DNA from: Chthoniobacteraceae bacterium
GTDB taxonomy: Bacteria; Verrucomicrobiota; Verrucomicrobiia; Chthoniobacterales; Chthoniobacteraceae
DNA length: 64,000 nt
NCBI GenBank assembly: GCA_037190965.1
Contig: JBBCKI010000068.1
Coordinates: forward strand, 1-64,000
Direction of reading: 5' to 3'
How positions within the stretch are numbered: position 1 is the stretch's first letter; each line of letters opens with the position of its first letter. The notes under the pieces are model-generated. The model saw nothing but the letters and a program-made list of their open reading frames with translations, had not been told where the DNA came from and searched no databases. Both the position numbers and the translations under genes were made by a program. Shown here one piece after another: positions 28,955 to 39,063 of this stretch.

Positions 28955-31900
28955 ATGAAGATCCTCCGCATCAGATTCCAAAATCTCAATTCTCTCCCCT
29001 CGGGAGATATTGATCTGGAGCGCGCGCCATTCTCGGAGGCGGGGCTTTTCGCCATTACCGGCCCCACGGGAGCGGGAAAATCGACCCTTCTCGACGCATT
29101 GACTTTGGCGCTTTACGGACGCGCCGCGCGCTACGACAACGCTCCCAACCCGGAGAACATGATGAGCCGCCATGCCGGTTTGTGTCAGGCCGAGGTCGTT
29201 TTCGAAATTCGCGGCGTCCGCTACCGCGCGGAGTGGCAACTGCGACGCGCGCGAGGCAAGGCCGACGGCAAGCTCCAACCCGCCGCCCGCCGTCTTTATG
29301 ACGCTCAGGAGCAGGTGCTGGCGCAGAATATTACGGAGGCCGACCGGTTGATCGAGGAACTTACCGGGCTCAACTACGACCGGTTTCTGCGCTCCGCGCT
29401 TCTCGCGCAGGGCCAATTTGCCCAGTTCTTCAAGGCGACCGAGAGCCAGCGGGCGGAATTGCTCGAAAGCCTTACCGGGACGGTCATTTACTCCGAACTC
29501 GGCGCGCTTGCCTTCCGCGAGGCCGCTTCTCGCGAGCAGGCGTTGGAACAACGGGCCGCCGCCATCGGCGAGGTTGTTCTCCTGAATGAAGAGCAGCGCG
29601 CGGAAAAGACCGCCGCCATCGAACGGCTCGACGGAGAGCTTGCCGTCCTCGCCCGGGAGCGCGAGAAGCTGGCGGAGCGGTTGGAGCAAGGCCGCCGTCT
29701 CACTTCCCTTGGCATGGAAGAGGCGGCGCTGGCGCAAAAACAGAACGCACTGGCGCAGGAGCGCGAGAAGGCCACGCCGGAGTTGGAGCGACTGGCCCGG
29801 CATCGCCAGGGAGAGCCATTCTTTACCGCTCTCCAAACGTTGGACGATCTTCTTGGCCGAGCCCGTCGGGAGGCCGCCGAACACGGGAGCGCCCAAGCCG
29901 GAGCAACCCGGGCGCGTATCCGGCTCGCTTCCGGCCTTGCGGCGGCCCGCGCTCTGGCGGAAGAGACGCTGCAAGCCGCCGCTCGCGTATTGGAGACCGC
30001 AGGCAGGGAACAGGACGAACGCTCCCGGCAGGTTGAAACGATCGCGGCTTTTCTTGCGGATCGCCCGCAGGACGGGCAACTCGATGCCGCGCTTCCCGGC
30101 CTGGTGGAGCGCCTTGCAGGGCTTGCCAGCTCCCGCGTCTCCCTTCGGAGCAGGCTGGCGGAACTCGAAAAGCTGGAAGCCGAGCGGCAGGCCGCCGCCG
30201 GGAGGCTGGAATCGTTGAAAGGCGAGCTCGCCAAGGCTCGCGAAGCTGAAGAAACCAGCGTGGGTGTGACCCGGGATGCCGCTCTAGCCCTAGCGGATCT
30301 GCTGAACGGCAAAACGCCGGACGCGCTCTTTGCCGAGGCTCGGAGGTGGGAGCAACAACAGGCCGACCTTATGGATCTGCGGGTCGCCATGGAAAAACGC
30401 GACCGCGCCGCTCAGGAGGGACTGACTCTTTCGGACACCGAAACCGCGCTGGAGCAAGAACTGGAAACGGCGCGCGCGCAAAAGCTGGCCACCGAGGGGG
30501 AGGCCCACACCCAGGCGCATTTGCTGGAGCTGGCGGGGAAAAATCTCTCTCTTTTGGAGAGGATCGCAGGCTTCGAAGATCAACGCGCCCAGTTGACTTC
30601 CGGGAGCCCGTGTCCGCTTTGCGGGGCGCTGGAGCACCCGCTGGCCAGCGGTGCGCCGGTTTCCCGGGAGATCGAGGAAGCGCGACGGCATGTCGCCACC
30701 GCCAAAGCCGCCAACGCCACCGCCATCAAGGAGGCCGAACTAGCTGCCGCCCACCTTGCGCGCACCGAAGAAGCGCTCCGCAATCTGAACCGTCGGCGCG
30801 GAGAACTACGACGCGAACAAATGAGCGGCCATGATGCCTTTGAGCGGCTTGCCCGGGCATTGCGAGTCTATACGGCGGAGTCGCTGGAGGAAGCGATGGC
30901 GGCCACGATCAAAGCCCGCGCCGAGCGGGACGCTCTTCTGGGCAATCTCCGCGAGATGGAACGCCGCAAGGCCGAGAGCGAGCTGCTTCAATCAAAGGCC
31001 GCCGCGCAAACCGCGCGGATTGGCGAAACGCTGGCCGCCGAACAAAACGCGATCGTCGCGCTGGATCACCGTGGCGGAGAAGCCCGGGTTGCCGCCGAAA
31101 ATCTCCGGCAGGAGATCGAAGCCCATGGCGGACCTTTGGCCGAAGCGCTGGAGGTTTTCAATCTCCCGCTGCCCGGCCCCGGCGAAGAGCCGGGGATTCG
31201 GGATCAACTGGAGCAGCGGCACCGCGACTACCAGAAGGCCGCCCGGGAACGGCTCCGGCTGGAGGGGGAACAGGCTCAGGCTGCCGTTCGCATCGAAGCC
31301 CTTGAGCACCGGCAGGCAGCTCTCACCAAACAGGTCAGTCAATTGACACGGGACCTGCCGGAACTCGCCGGGGTCCTTCCTGAGCGCGAATTGACGGATG
31401 GTTTTCTGCGCGAATGGAAAGACCTCGACGCCGCCGCAGCCGCGCTGGGAACGCTCCGTTCCTCCTTCACCGCGCAAAATGCCGCCGTGGGGGAACGACT
31501 CAAAACCTTGAGGGAGGTGGAAGACGCGGCCGGGCGACAGGCGGGCGAGATCCGGAAGGCGCTGGCCGGGTCCCCCTTCGTTTCGCCCGATGCATTGCGC
31601 GAAGCGCGGCTGAACGCCGGGGACACCGCCTGCCTGGCAAAACTCAAGGCGCGGTTTGACGAAGGAGCGCAGGCCCTCGCGGTGCAACGGACCCAGCTTC
31701 AGGCTCAAGCCCGGAGCCTTCGCGAAGCCGACGCCCCGCAGGGCGAAGCTTTGGCTGCCGTGGAAGCGGAATGGAAGGCTCGGGAGGAGGCGACCATTCG
31801 CGCCGCCGAATCGCGCTCCACCCTTCGCAACGAACTTCAGGAAGACAGTCGTAACGCGGAAAGACGGGATGCCAAAGCCCGCGAGTTGGAGGAAGACCGC

Positions 31901-32428
31901 AAACGCTTTGCCCCATGGGCCGGATTGCGGGAGTTGATCGGCTCCGCCGACGGGAAAAAGTTCAGCCGGTTTGCACAAGGGTTATCGCTCGATGTCCTGC
32001 TGCGCCACGCCAACCGGCATCTTCGCCGTCTGAGCGACCGCTATGAACTCCGCCGCGCGACCGCTACGGGAAGCGAACTCGGGTTGGAGATTGTCGATCT
32101 TCATCAGGCGGGGAGTGTCCGCCCCACCTCCAGCCTTTCCGGCGGGGAAAGCTTTCTCGCCAGTTTGGCCATGGCTTTGGGGCTTTCGGATCTTGCGGGG
32201 AGGAACGTCCGCATCGACTCCCTCTTCATCGACGAAGGGTTTGGCTCGCTCGACGCGGACACGCTCGACCTCGCCCTTGCCGCGTTGGATACGCTTCGCC
32301 TCAATCACAAGACTGTAGGCGTCATCTCGCACGTGGAGCTTCTCAAAGAGCGCATTCCCGTGCAGATCCGGGTTGAAAAACAAGCGGGCGGCCTGAGCCG
32401 CCTGCGAATGCCCTGGGATCGCGAGTAG
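28955..32428 (+). CDS. sbcC: SbcC/Rad50-family SMC-like ATPase
   Basis: NLNSL, GPTGAGKST, LAQGQF, long coiled coil with CPLCG zinc hook, LSGGE and FIDEGFGSLD. Confidence 0.95.
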   Translation: MKILRIRFQNLNSLPSGDIDLERAPFSEAGLFAITGPTGAGKSTLLDALTLALYGRAARYDNAPNPENMMSRHAGLCQAEVVFEIRGVRYRAEWQLRRARGKADGKLQPAARRLYDAQEQVLAQNITEADRLIEELTGLNYDRFLRSALLAQGQFAQFFKATESQRAELLESLTGTVIYSELGALAFREAASREQALEQRAAAIGEVVLLNEEQRAEKTAAIERLDGELAVLAREREKLAERLEQGRRLTSLGMEEAALAQKQNALAQEREKATPELERLARHRQGEPFFTALQTLDDLLGRARREAAEHGSAQAGATRARIRLASGLAAARALAEETLQAAARVLETAGREQDERSRQVETIAAFLADRPQDGQLDAALPGLVERLAGLASSRVSLRSRLAELEKLEAERQAAAGRLESLKGELAKAREAEETSVGVTRDAALALADLLNGKTPDALFAEARRWEQQQADLMDLRVAMEKRDRAAQEGLTLSDTETALEQELETARAQKLATEGEAHTQAHLLELAGKNLSLLERIAGFEDQRAQLTSGSPCPLCGALEHPLASGAPVSREIEEARRHVATAKAANATAIKEAELAAAHLARTEEALRNLNRRRGELRREQMSGHDAFERLARALRVYTAESLEEAMAATIKARAERDALLGNLREMERRKAESELLQSKAAAQTARIGETLAAEQNAIVALDHRGGEARVAAENLRQEIEAHGGPLAEALEVFNLPLPGPGEEPGIRDQLEQRHRDYQKAARERLRLEGEQAQAAVRIEALEHRQAALTKQVSQLTRDLPELAGVLPERELTDGFLREWKDLDAAAAALGTLRSSFTAQNAAVGERLKTLREVEDAAGRQAGEIRKALAGSPFVSPDALREARLNAGDTACLAKLKARFDEGAQALAVQRTQLQAQARSLREADAPQGEALAAVEAEWKAREEATIRAAESRSTLRNELQEDSRNAERRDAKARELEEDRKRFAPWAGLRELIGSADGKKFSRFAQGLSLDVLLRHANRHLRRLSDRYELRRATATGSELGLEIVDLHQAGSVRPTSSLSGGESFLASLAMALGLSDLAGRNVRIDSLFIDEGFGSLDADTLDLALAALDTLRLNHKTVGVISHVELLKERIPVQIRVEKQAGGLSRLRMPWDRE

Positions 32429-32456
32429 TCCGGCGGAATGGTTTATGGCCGTGAAA

Positions 32457-32539
32457 GGCGTCGCGGAGCTCCGCCCTCCGTGAGAAGGAATACGCGGCAT
32501 AGCAAACCCCAACAGCGGAGGGCGGAGCTCCGCGACGCC
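32457..32539. repeat. REP doublet, family D, copy 1
   Basis: Perfect 24-bp inverted repeat GGCGTCGCGGAGCTCCGCCCTCCG / CGGAGGGCGGAGCTCCGCGACGCC between convergent genes. Confidence 0.85.
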
Positions 32540-32554
32540 GCTGCATGATTTAGT

Positions 32555-33841
32555 CTAGCGAAGCTGCAGGGTATCCGCCTGCCCGGCAGCACTGGTGCTC
32601 CCGTCGTTCTTCGTCATCCGGAACCCGACCGGGCGGATCTCCGCCGCCGCTCGGTTCAAGCTTGCCTCCAGATAGCTGGCGGCGTCGCGGGCGGCCTTAC
32701 TGAGGTCCGCCTCTTCGCTCAATTCCTGCTCCAGCGCCTTGAGAGCCGAGAGCGCTTCGGCCCGTTGCGTCTCCGCGAGCGCCTGAATGGCTGTGCGGCG
32801 AAATACCGGGCTGGTGCGGCTCTCCCGCGCCCATCCCGGCAGCATCGGGATGGCGATCTCGGGATAATAGCGTGCGATCCCGTGCAATGCATAATGTCGG
32901 GTGCTCGGCTCTCCCTCCAAGAGTTCGTGCTTCCAATAGGCCCATTCGGCATCGGGTTTGATGCCGTAATACTGCATCGCCAAGGCGCGCGCCAGCGGGT
33001 CGATCATCGCTTCGATCTTCGTCTGCGGATCGACGGTGATCGCCAGTTGCTCATCGGGAATTCCGATTTGCCGGAGGACGATCAGCGCTCTCACGAGATC
33101 GGCGACCTCCACTTTGAATGCGGCAGTGTTCCACGGGCTGGGCAGGTCGCTGCCGGCTTGCGTGAAGTTCGCGAAAGCGTTGGCGGGAAGGTTTTCCAGA
33201 ATCGCCAGGGCAGCGGTCTGCGCGGCGGGAAGGGAGACCTCGGGATGCTCCGCCAGATAGTCGAGCAGCCCCTGCAGCTTCGGCTCGGTATCGCTGGAGA
33301 GAGCCAAGGCGCGGTCATCGACCTGATTGGTGGACGCCGTGGGGATCGTCAGCAGGTCTTCGAGCCGGGTTTCACCGGGAGCGAAGTCGAAGAGTTGCGC
33401 TCTGGGGATGATCACGATGCCATGGGTCCCTTCGAACGCCTGCCCCGCCGGAATGGAAAGCCGAACCGGCTGGGGAGCCCGGTTGACCACCACCATGCGA
33501 AGGCGGTCGCGGCCATTGCCCCGGAATTCCGCCGTCATCGCGCCTTCCTCCAGCGCGAAGGCGAGATCCGTGGTCAACCGTTCTCCCGCCGGGACATTCG
33601 AGAGGTCGGTCGCCTGCCGTGCGGTTTCCGTGGGGCTGGCGGGCTTGGGATCGGCGGCGGGAGGAGGCGTGATCGTGACCGATGCGATTGCGGCGGGCTG
33701 GGCTGGAGGGGGAGGGACCGGCGCGGAGGCACTGAGAGTGGCCTTGCCCTGAACCTCATACGTTCCACGCAAAAACCACCCTGCCGCGCCACCCGCGCAA
33801 AGCGCGGTTGCGAGACTGAGGGAAAACAAAGTGCGGTTCAT
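32555..33841 (-). CDS. Hypothetical membrane-anchored protein with C-terminal HEAT-like repeats
   Basis: N-terminal hydrophobic anchor, Pro/Ala linker and R..A...LA helical repeats. Confidence 0.65.
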   Translation of the reverse strand: MNRTLFSLSLATALCAGGAAGWFLRGTYEVQGKATLSASAPVPPPPAQPAAIASVTITPPPAADPKPASPTETARQATDLSNVPAGERLTTDLAFALEEGAMTAEFRGNGRDRLRMVVVNRAPQPVRLSIPAGQAFEGTHGIVIIPRAQLFDFAPGETRLEDLLTIPTASTNQVDDRALALSSDTEPKLQGLLDYLAEHPEVSLPAAQTAALAILENLPANAFANFTQAGSDLPSPWNTAAFKVEVADLVRALIVLRQIGIPDEQLAITVDPQTKIEAMIDPLARALAMQYYGIKPDAEWAYWKHELLEGEPSTRHYALHGIARYYPEIAIPMLPGWARESRTSPVFRRTAIQALAETQRAEALSALKALEQELSEEADLSKAARDAASYLEASLNRAAAEIRPVGFRMTKNDGSTSAAGQADTLQLR

Positions 33842-33943
33842 GCAGGGTGCGGCAGGCAGGGAGGTGCGGAGAATAGTACAAAGTCCGATTCACTGCAATT
33901 TCCATGCCGCTTGTCCCGTCTCCGGGTGCAATACGGCGTGCGC

Positions 33944-34091
33944 GGTAGTCCGCTCTCGCCGAGAGCGCGGGATATGACGAGAATGCGCGTTTGGCGCCCA
34001 TCCCCCGGAAGGATTGTTGGTGCGGTTGGGATGCGGCTTCAAGAGAAGCACGGGAGCCGATACGCGCGCTCGGCGGCCGGTGCTGCCGCAC
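33944..34091 (+). repeat. Family A REPIN, copy 3 (right REP partly deleted)
   Basis: GGTAGTCCGCTCTCGCCGAGAGCGCGGG..GTTGGGATGCGGCTT..GGAGCCGATAC..CCGGTGCTGCCGCAC. Confidence 0.82.
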
Positions 34092-34113
34092 CGTTTGTCA
34101 GGGAAGTAGCGGC

Positions 34114-34389
34114 CTATTTCCGCCGCACCCGGTCTTTCTTTTCCTCGCTCTCTTCCTGAATGCGCCGCAGTTCCGCCGCGAGCTGCTTTTCGATGGAGGC
34201 CACTTCGTCAAACTGGCCGCGCGCCCGAGCTTTTGCGATCTGTTCGCCGAGGAAAAGCTCCTTTTCCGCGACTCGCGACTTGGCGATGCTTTCGATCTCG
34301 GCGATTTCCGCCTTCTGCGCTTCGGTGAGCTTTTGCGTCGGAGCCTGTTTTTCCAAACGTTCCATGGCGAGTTCGTAAGCGGATTTCAT
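34114..34389 (-). CDS. Small helical hypothetical protein (MKSAYELAMERL type)
   Basis: 91-aa charged helical ORF with host-like codon use. Confidence 0.75.
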   Translation of the reverse strand: MKSAYELAMERLEKQAPTQKLTEAQKAEIAEIESIAKSRVAEKELFLGEQIAKARARGQFDEVASIEKQLAAELRRIQEESEEKKDRVRRK

Positions 34390-34468
34390 GGTTGCGATTA
34401 TCCGTCGTCCGCGTCCGGCAATCAATCGCTTTGCGCAGGCGCGCCATTGAAGGTACACTCTCGGCGAC

Positions 34469-35281
34469 ATGATTCGCCTTCTCAGCACCGATTTTGACGG
34501 AACGCTCGTTGACCACGACGCCTCGCCCGCTGTTTCGCCCGCTTTATATGAAACGCTGGCGCAATTGCGGCGTTGCGGCGTCTCCTGGGCGGTCAACACG
34601 GGGCGCGATCTCAACTTCATCCTTCAGGGCTTGAACGATTTCGAGTTCCCGATCGAGCCCGACTATATCCTGACCAACGAACGGGAGATTTTCCACCGGA
34701 ATAGCCAGGGCGAATGGCAGGATTACGGCGACTGGAACCGGCGTTGCGTCGAAGCCCATGACACGTTGTTCGAGTCAGAGAGCGGACTGCTCCGGGAAGT
34801 GCTCCGGTTTGCCGAGACGGAGATCAACGCGAAGACGATCTACGAAAAGAACCGGCCTGTGGGGTTGGTTGGCGATGGAGACGCCGATATCGACCGTTTT
34901 ATCGGTTTTCTCCATGAGCAACGCTCCCGGGATTCGCTCTTCCATTACCAGCGTAACACGATCTTCCTTCGGTTTTGTCATGCCCACTATTCCAAGGGAA
35001 GCGCGCTGGGGGAGCTATGCCGCCTGACCGGCATTTCGGAGCACGAGACTTTCTCGATGGGCGACCATCATAACGACCTCTCCATGCTCGATGGGCGTTT
35101 TGCCCGCTGGCCCGCCGCCCCGGGCAACGCCATTGACGAGGTCAAAGCCACCGTGAAAAACGCCGGGGGCTACATCGCCCAGGGCCGTTGCAGCGAGGGG
35201 GTCTTGGAGGCGTTGCAGCATTTCTTCGATACGCACTCGCTGGCTCCCGCGGGATTTCAGGGATTTACAAAATCCGCCTAA
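34469..35281 (+). CDS. HAD-superfamily hydrolase, subfamily IIB
   Basis: DFDGTL, NTGR, SKGSAL and GDHHNDLSML. Confidence 0.9.
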   Translation: MIRLLSTDFDGTLVDHDASPAVSPALYETLAQLRRCGVSWAVNTGRDLNFILQGLNDFEFPIEPDYILTNEREIFHRNSQGEWQDYGDWNRRCVEAHDTLFESESGLLREVLRFAETEINAKTIYEKNRPVGLVGDGDADIDRFIGFLHEQRSRDSLFHYQRNTIFLRFCHAHYSKGSALGELCRLTGISEHETFSMGDHHNDLSMLDGRFARWPAAPGNAIDEVKATVKNAGGYIAQGRCSEGVLEALQHFFDTHSLAPAGFQGFTKSA

Positions 35282-35319
35282 AAGCCTCTTCCATCGCCCG
35301 CTCCATCAGGAGCGTGGCG
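35265..35319 (-). repeat. Displaced copy of the hscA-like gene 3' end (att-like direct repeat)
   Basis: 35284-35319 matches 41283-41318 at 35/36 nt; translates as ATLLMERAMEEAFRRIL* versus ATLLMERAMEEALRRKGIL*. Confidence 0.92.
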
Positions 35320-35327
35320 CCCGCGAC

Positions 35328-36062
35328 CTAGAAACTCAAACCGCCGCTCCAAAAGGAATTTTGCGAGGTCATCTTCCGAATCTCCGAACGGGGAACCGCG
35401 CTGACGTGGCCGTCCATATAAACGACATTCAGATGATCGCCATGCGCGTAAAACGTATCCTGCTTGTTGGTGAAGGTGCTTGGAGCGATGGTGGAAGGAT
35501 ATGAGACCTCGTTTGGGGTGATGTTTGGCTTTACCCCATCCATAAACATGGCCATTTGAGCCGGTTGTGGAATGCCGGCGATCGGCGGGCTAAGGAAGAT
35601 GCTGGGCTCCGAAGGGGCGCCATCATCAAGAAACTCGCCCGTCCCTTTTGCATAGGTATTAAGGCAATAGCTCTGCCAGGTGCCGATTGCCTTGTTGTGT
35701 TTGCGCCGATCTGCCGGACACCAGGCAACCTCTGTTGGGGAGGTCGTCCTCTTCCATTCAGCAAGGTAATCAAGAAGGCTGCCTCTCACCGAGTAGGTGC
35801 CTTGTGTTCCCGACCGAAGCCGACCATTGGGTTGCTTCCAGTCGGCACTGGGCATTGATCCACGATGGTCGTAAGCGTAACGGAGGGCGGACTCGCCAAG
35901 TTTTTTGAGCTTGTTGATGCAGGATGCATTGTCCCCCATGTCAACGACACCCTGGTAAGCGGGGATCGCCAGAAGCGCCAACGAAGCGAGGATCACCATC
36001 GCAATCAAGACTTCCGCCAGCGAGAAGGCCAGGGATGATGAAGGGGGAGGCGTGCGGTTCAT
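35328..36062 (-). CDS. Prepilin-type N-terminal cleavage / H-X9-DG domain protein
   Basis: A|FSLAEVLIAMVILASLALLAIP class III signal with E5; C-terminal HGDHLNVVYMDGHV (H-X9-DG). Confidence 0.9.
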   Translation of the reverse strand: MNRTPPPSSSLAFSLAEVLIAMVILASLALLAIPAYQGVVDMGDNASCINKLKKLGESALRYAYDHRGSMPSADWKQPNGRLRSGTQGTYSVRGSLLDYLAEWKRTTSPTEVAWCPADRRKHNKAIGTWQSYCLNTYAKGTGEFLDDGAPSEPSIFLSPPIAGIPQPAQMAMFMDGVKPNITPNEVSYPSTIAPSTFTNKQDTFYAHGDHLNVVYMDGHVSAVPRSEIRKMTSQNSFWSGGLSF

Positions 36063-36072
36063 ATCGGAGTAA

Positions 36073-39027
36073 TTATTTTTGAGGGAGGCTTATAGCATCG
36101 ACGAGGTACTTCCCGCTCAGCAGCTTAACATAGGCGGCTCCCTCCGGGAGGGTTTCCCAGATTGCCGGGCCATCCTGGGCGAGCTTTCGATCAAGGGGAG
36201 CCCCCTCGGCATTGCAGAGGACAACCGTTGTGGCGGAAGTTTCCGATGGGAAGAGGACTTTAACCCCATCACCAGCCGATTGCACAGCCAAGGCGCGGGG
36301 AAGACGGGCGACCACGGCAACCCGCTTTGGTGAGACCTTCAAGACGAGCCCTTTTTCAGCCACGGGTAGTTCCACACCGTTGAGCAGATCGAAGTAATGA
36401 TGTGATGCCGTTTCTTGCGCGGGCATGGCCGGGCCTTCGATTGGCTTTTCACGGTCATTCAGCAGCACGGTGATGGTTTTGCGACCGGTAGCAAATCGGT
36501 TTGCATAGAGGTAGTCCTGCAAGGTGGACACCAGGGGTTCCACCTGCGTTGAGCGAAAGGCGTCTGCGTTCTCGCGCAGGATACGGTGATAATTCTCGGG
36601 CCAAGGCCGCTGAAACAGCCCCACGCCATTCCAGAGCATGATCTCATGATAGGCCTTGCTCGGGAATGAGTGCGATGAGGTTACATTCTCGAAAAGCGTG
36701 ACTCCCGGGAAATAGAAACGGAAGATGTTGAGCGGCAATGGGCGGAAGCCGGGGATTGCCCAGCGCATTTCATGCAGAAGAGCGCCGTCAAGTTCTCCCG
36801 CGAGGAAGTCGCACCCTGCGTACTCGCCGGTGAGCAGAATGTCCGGCTTTTTGGCGCTGCAGGCGGCCCTGACCTTTAACATCAGGGCTTTCATGGACCT
36901 CATGACGGCATGCTCGCCAGGCTCGGCAAACTGGTGCGTGTGTTCTTTGCTATAGCAGACAAACCCTGTATAGCCAAACTGATCGAGCCGAATGCCATCC
37001 ACTTGGGTATCTCCCACAAGACGGGCCATATTATTCGCGTAGGCTTGTTGATAATCCTCATTATCCGTGCACATGCTCCATTTGGCATACGTAATGAGGT
37101 GATCGCCCTTCGGGGTTTCAGGAAGCGGGCCCGGCGTGTGCTGAACGTGAGGATTAACGACACTATGCTTTCGTCCGTAGTTTTTCCCCATTTCGGTCGT
37201 GCTATCCACAATGAACGGATCGGTGTAGAATTGCACCAGGGCACCGGCTTCGTGTGCGGTGGCGATGCCTTTCTTCAATCCCTCAAGGCCTTCCATGCTG
37301 GTATTATAAGCATAGTCTCCATCGTTGACGGCGTTGACGAGCTTTCCTCTCACCGGGTCATCCATGAAGAAGTAGTTCCACTTGTTGTGCATCTGGCGGA
37401 GGGTTTCCTCTCGGCCCTGATCCAGGGAAACTCCAAAGGGGCCCTTTTCGGACCACTCCCACCAGTGGCGGAATTCGCCCATGTCGATCCCGTCCTCACG
37501 ATAGCCGCCGTACCACTCCTTGGTTTCGAAATTGTAGAGCCGCTTCTGAACCTGCGGTTCCGAAGGCAGGCTGGCGGTGATGGTCTGGATCAACCAAACA
37601 TCCCTGATGGCCGTGTCGGGCGAGCGCCACTTCCATACCGAATGAGCCCACTTTGCATAGGTGCTCATGGCCGCCTTCCAGTCGCCGGGGTGGATCTCAA
37701 TCACCGCGTCGGGATACTTGAATCGGCCGCCGGTCTCCCGCGTGTGGCGCTGGTATTCGAATCCCATCGCGCTTCCTTTGCCCGGTGTCAGGCTCTGTTT
37801 CCAGAGCATTCCTTTTTCAAGGCGATTTCCAAGATCGGTGACGGCCCTTGCAAAAGCGGGATGCTTCACTCCTTTTCGGAAGGCGATCCCCTTCAGAAGC
37901 CCCCCTTCGTCGAGGGAGCGCATCGAGATCCCGCTTCCCTTTCCAGGAGAGTAGACATCGACCATCTGCCACATCGCCTCATTGGCCGCATAGAACAGGC
38001 GGAGATCGGTATTTACCTTTTGAACAATGCCGCCCCGGAATGGGTAGCAATAGTAATCGTCATCTGGGTTATCGGAAACGCTGATGCCGCCGATCTGCGG
38101 AAACACCGTCTTCCACGAATGCTCCTTTCCTGAGATATTCACCATCTCCAAGCCAAGACGCAAGTGCTCCGCAGTCACCGTCGCAGTAAAGCTGGCCTCC
38201 AGCCCGCCACCCTCCAGCAGCACTTCGGCGGAATCGCCCTTGATGCGCGTTTCCTTGACCACCCAGTCTCTGGCTGTCACCGTGCGCCCATCGCCCGTGT
38301 CGACAAGGAAGAGGCCGGTTTTTGAGGGATCGAGAAGAATATCCTTCCCTGCAAACTCATCAAAAAGCGAGACAAGGCGCAATCCTCCCTTCGTGGAAAA
38401 CACCGCCTTGAGCGCCGGATTGGAGAGGGTGAATCCGTTCTCTGTTTTCTCAATTTCCGGGGCGCGCCCGGCGGGCGAGTTGGCCGGTTTTGAGATTGCG
38501 GGGGCCATGTTTACCGGCGTTCCCGTATCGGCGAGTTCGAAGAACACCTGCGCCTCCGTGACCGGCTGAGATGGATCAAAGCGAATCAAAAAATGACGGA
38601 GCGCCTGGGCCTCGCTGCGTCCCGAGAGCTTCAGGGAGACACCCTCAAATTTATGAAACTCTATTTCTCCCGGCCGTTCTTCAACAAAGGCTCCCCCCTT
38701 TTGAAGCTCAACGACAATCTTCTTCCCCTGAACATCAAAAGCTTCAACCACGACGGCATCGGTGTTTTTGGTCAGCAGATGAAGACGCACGGGCTTCTGC
38801 GGATCGAATCGTCCACCGTCCAAGACGATCTTCAGTTCGGACTTTCCAAGAAGCCTCCCGTCTTCAACCACCCGTGTCGGGTTTTTGTTTACGCCGGTGA
38901 GTTCACCGGTGCGTCGCCATGTTGAGGATTGTTCTGCGAAGGAGGGAGTCGTCAGGGCGAGCAACGGAAAGGTTGCGCAGGCAATCAGGCGGGTGGAGAG
39001 TGAACGTTGGGAAGGCATGGGGAACAA
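36073..39027 (-). CDS. Secreted putative glycoside hydrolase (DUF6259-like TIM barrel)
   Basis: Signal peptide; GALVQFYTDP, WSMC, VDGIRLDQFG and LLTGEY motifs typical of GH-like barrels; family assigned by recognition only. Confidence 0.65.
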   Translation of the reverse strand: MFPMPSQRSLSTRLIACATFPLLALTTPSFAEQSSTWRRTGELTGVNKNPTRVVEDGRLLGKSELKIVLDGGRFDPQKPVRLHLLTKNTDAVVVEAFDVQGKKIVVELQKGGAFVEERPGEIEFHKFEGVSLKLSGRSEAQALRHFLIRFDPSQPVTEAQVFFELADTGTPVNMAPAISKPANSPAGRAPEIEKTENGFTLSNPALKAVFSTKGGLRLVSLFDEFAGKDILLDPSKTGLFLVDTGDGRTVTARDWVVKETRIKGDSAEVLLEGGGLEASFTATVTAEHLRLGLEMVNISGKEHSWKTVFPQIGGISVSDNPDDDYYCYPFRGGIVQKVNTDLRLFYAANEAMWQMVDVYSPGKGSGISMRSLDEGGLLKGIAFRKGVKHPAFARAVTDLGNRLEKGMLWKQSLTPGKGSAMGFEYQRHTRETGGRFKYPDAVIEIHPGDWKAAMSTYAKWAHSVWKWRSPDTAIRDVWLIQTITASLPSEPQVQKRLYNFETKEWYGGYREDGIDMGEFRHWWEWSEKGPFGVSLDQGREETLRQMHNKWNYFFMDDPVRGKLVNAVNDGDYAYNTSMEGLEGLKKGIATAHEAGALVQFYTDPFIVDSTTEMGKNYGRKHSVVNPHVQHTPGPLPETPKGDHLITYAKWSMCTDNEDYQQAYANNMARLVGDTQVDGIRLDQFGYTGFVCYSKEHTHQFAEPGEHAVMRSMKALMLKVRAACSAKKPDILLTGEYAGCDFLAGELDGALLHEMRWAIPGFRPLPLNIFRFYFPGVTLFENVTSSHSFPSKAYHEIMLWNGVGLFQRPWPENYHRILRENADAFRSTQVEPLVSTLQDYLYANRFATGRKTITVLLNDREKPIEGPAMPAQETASHHYFDLLNGVELPVAEKGLVLKVSPKRVAVVARLPRALAVQSAGDGVKVLFPSETSATTVVLCNAEGAPLDRKLAQDGPAIWETLPEGAAYVKLLSGKYLVDAISLPQK

Positions 39028-39063
39028 TGAGCGATGAACAGGGAGAGGACTTTGTCAGGCGAT

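Noticed and set aside
28955..32428. SMC-like ATPase as a Wadjet/Lamassu defence component
   Set aside because: The zinc hook and motifs are SbcC-type, and no jet or lmu partner genes are nearby.
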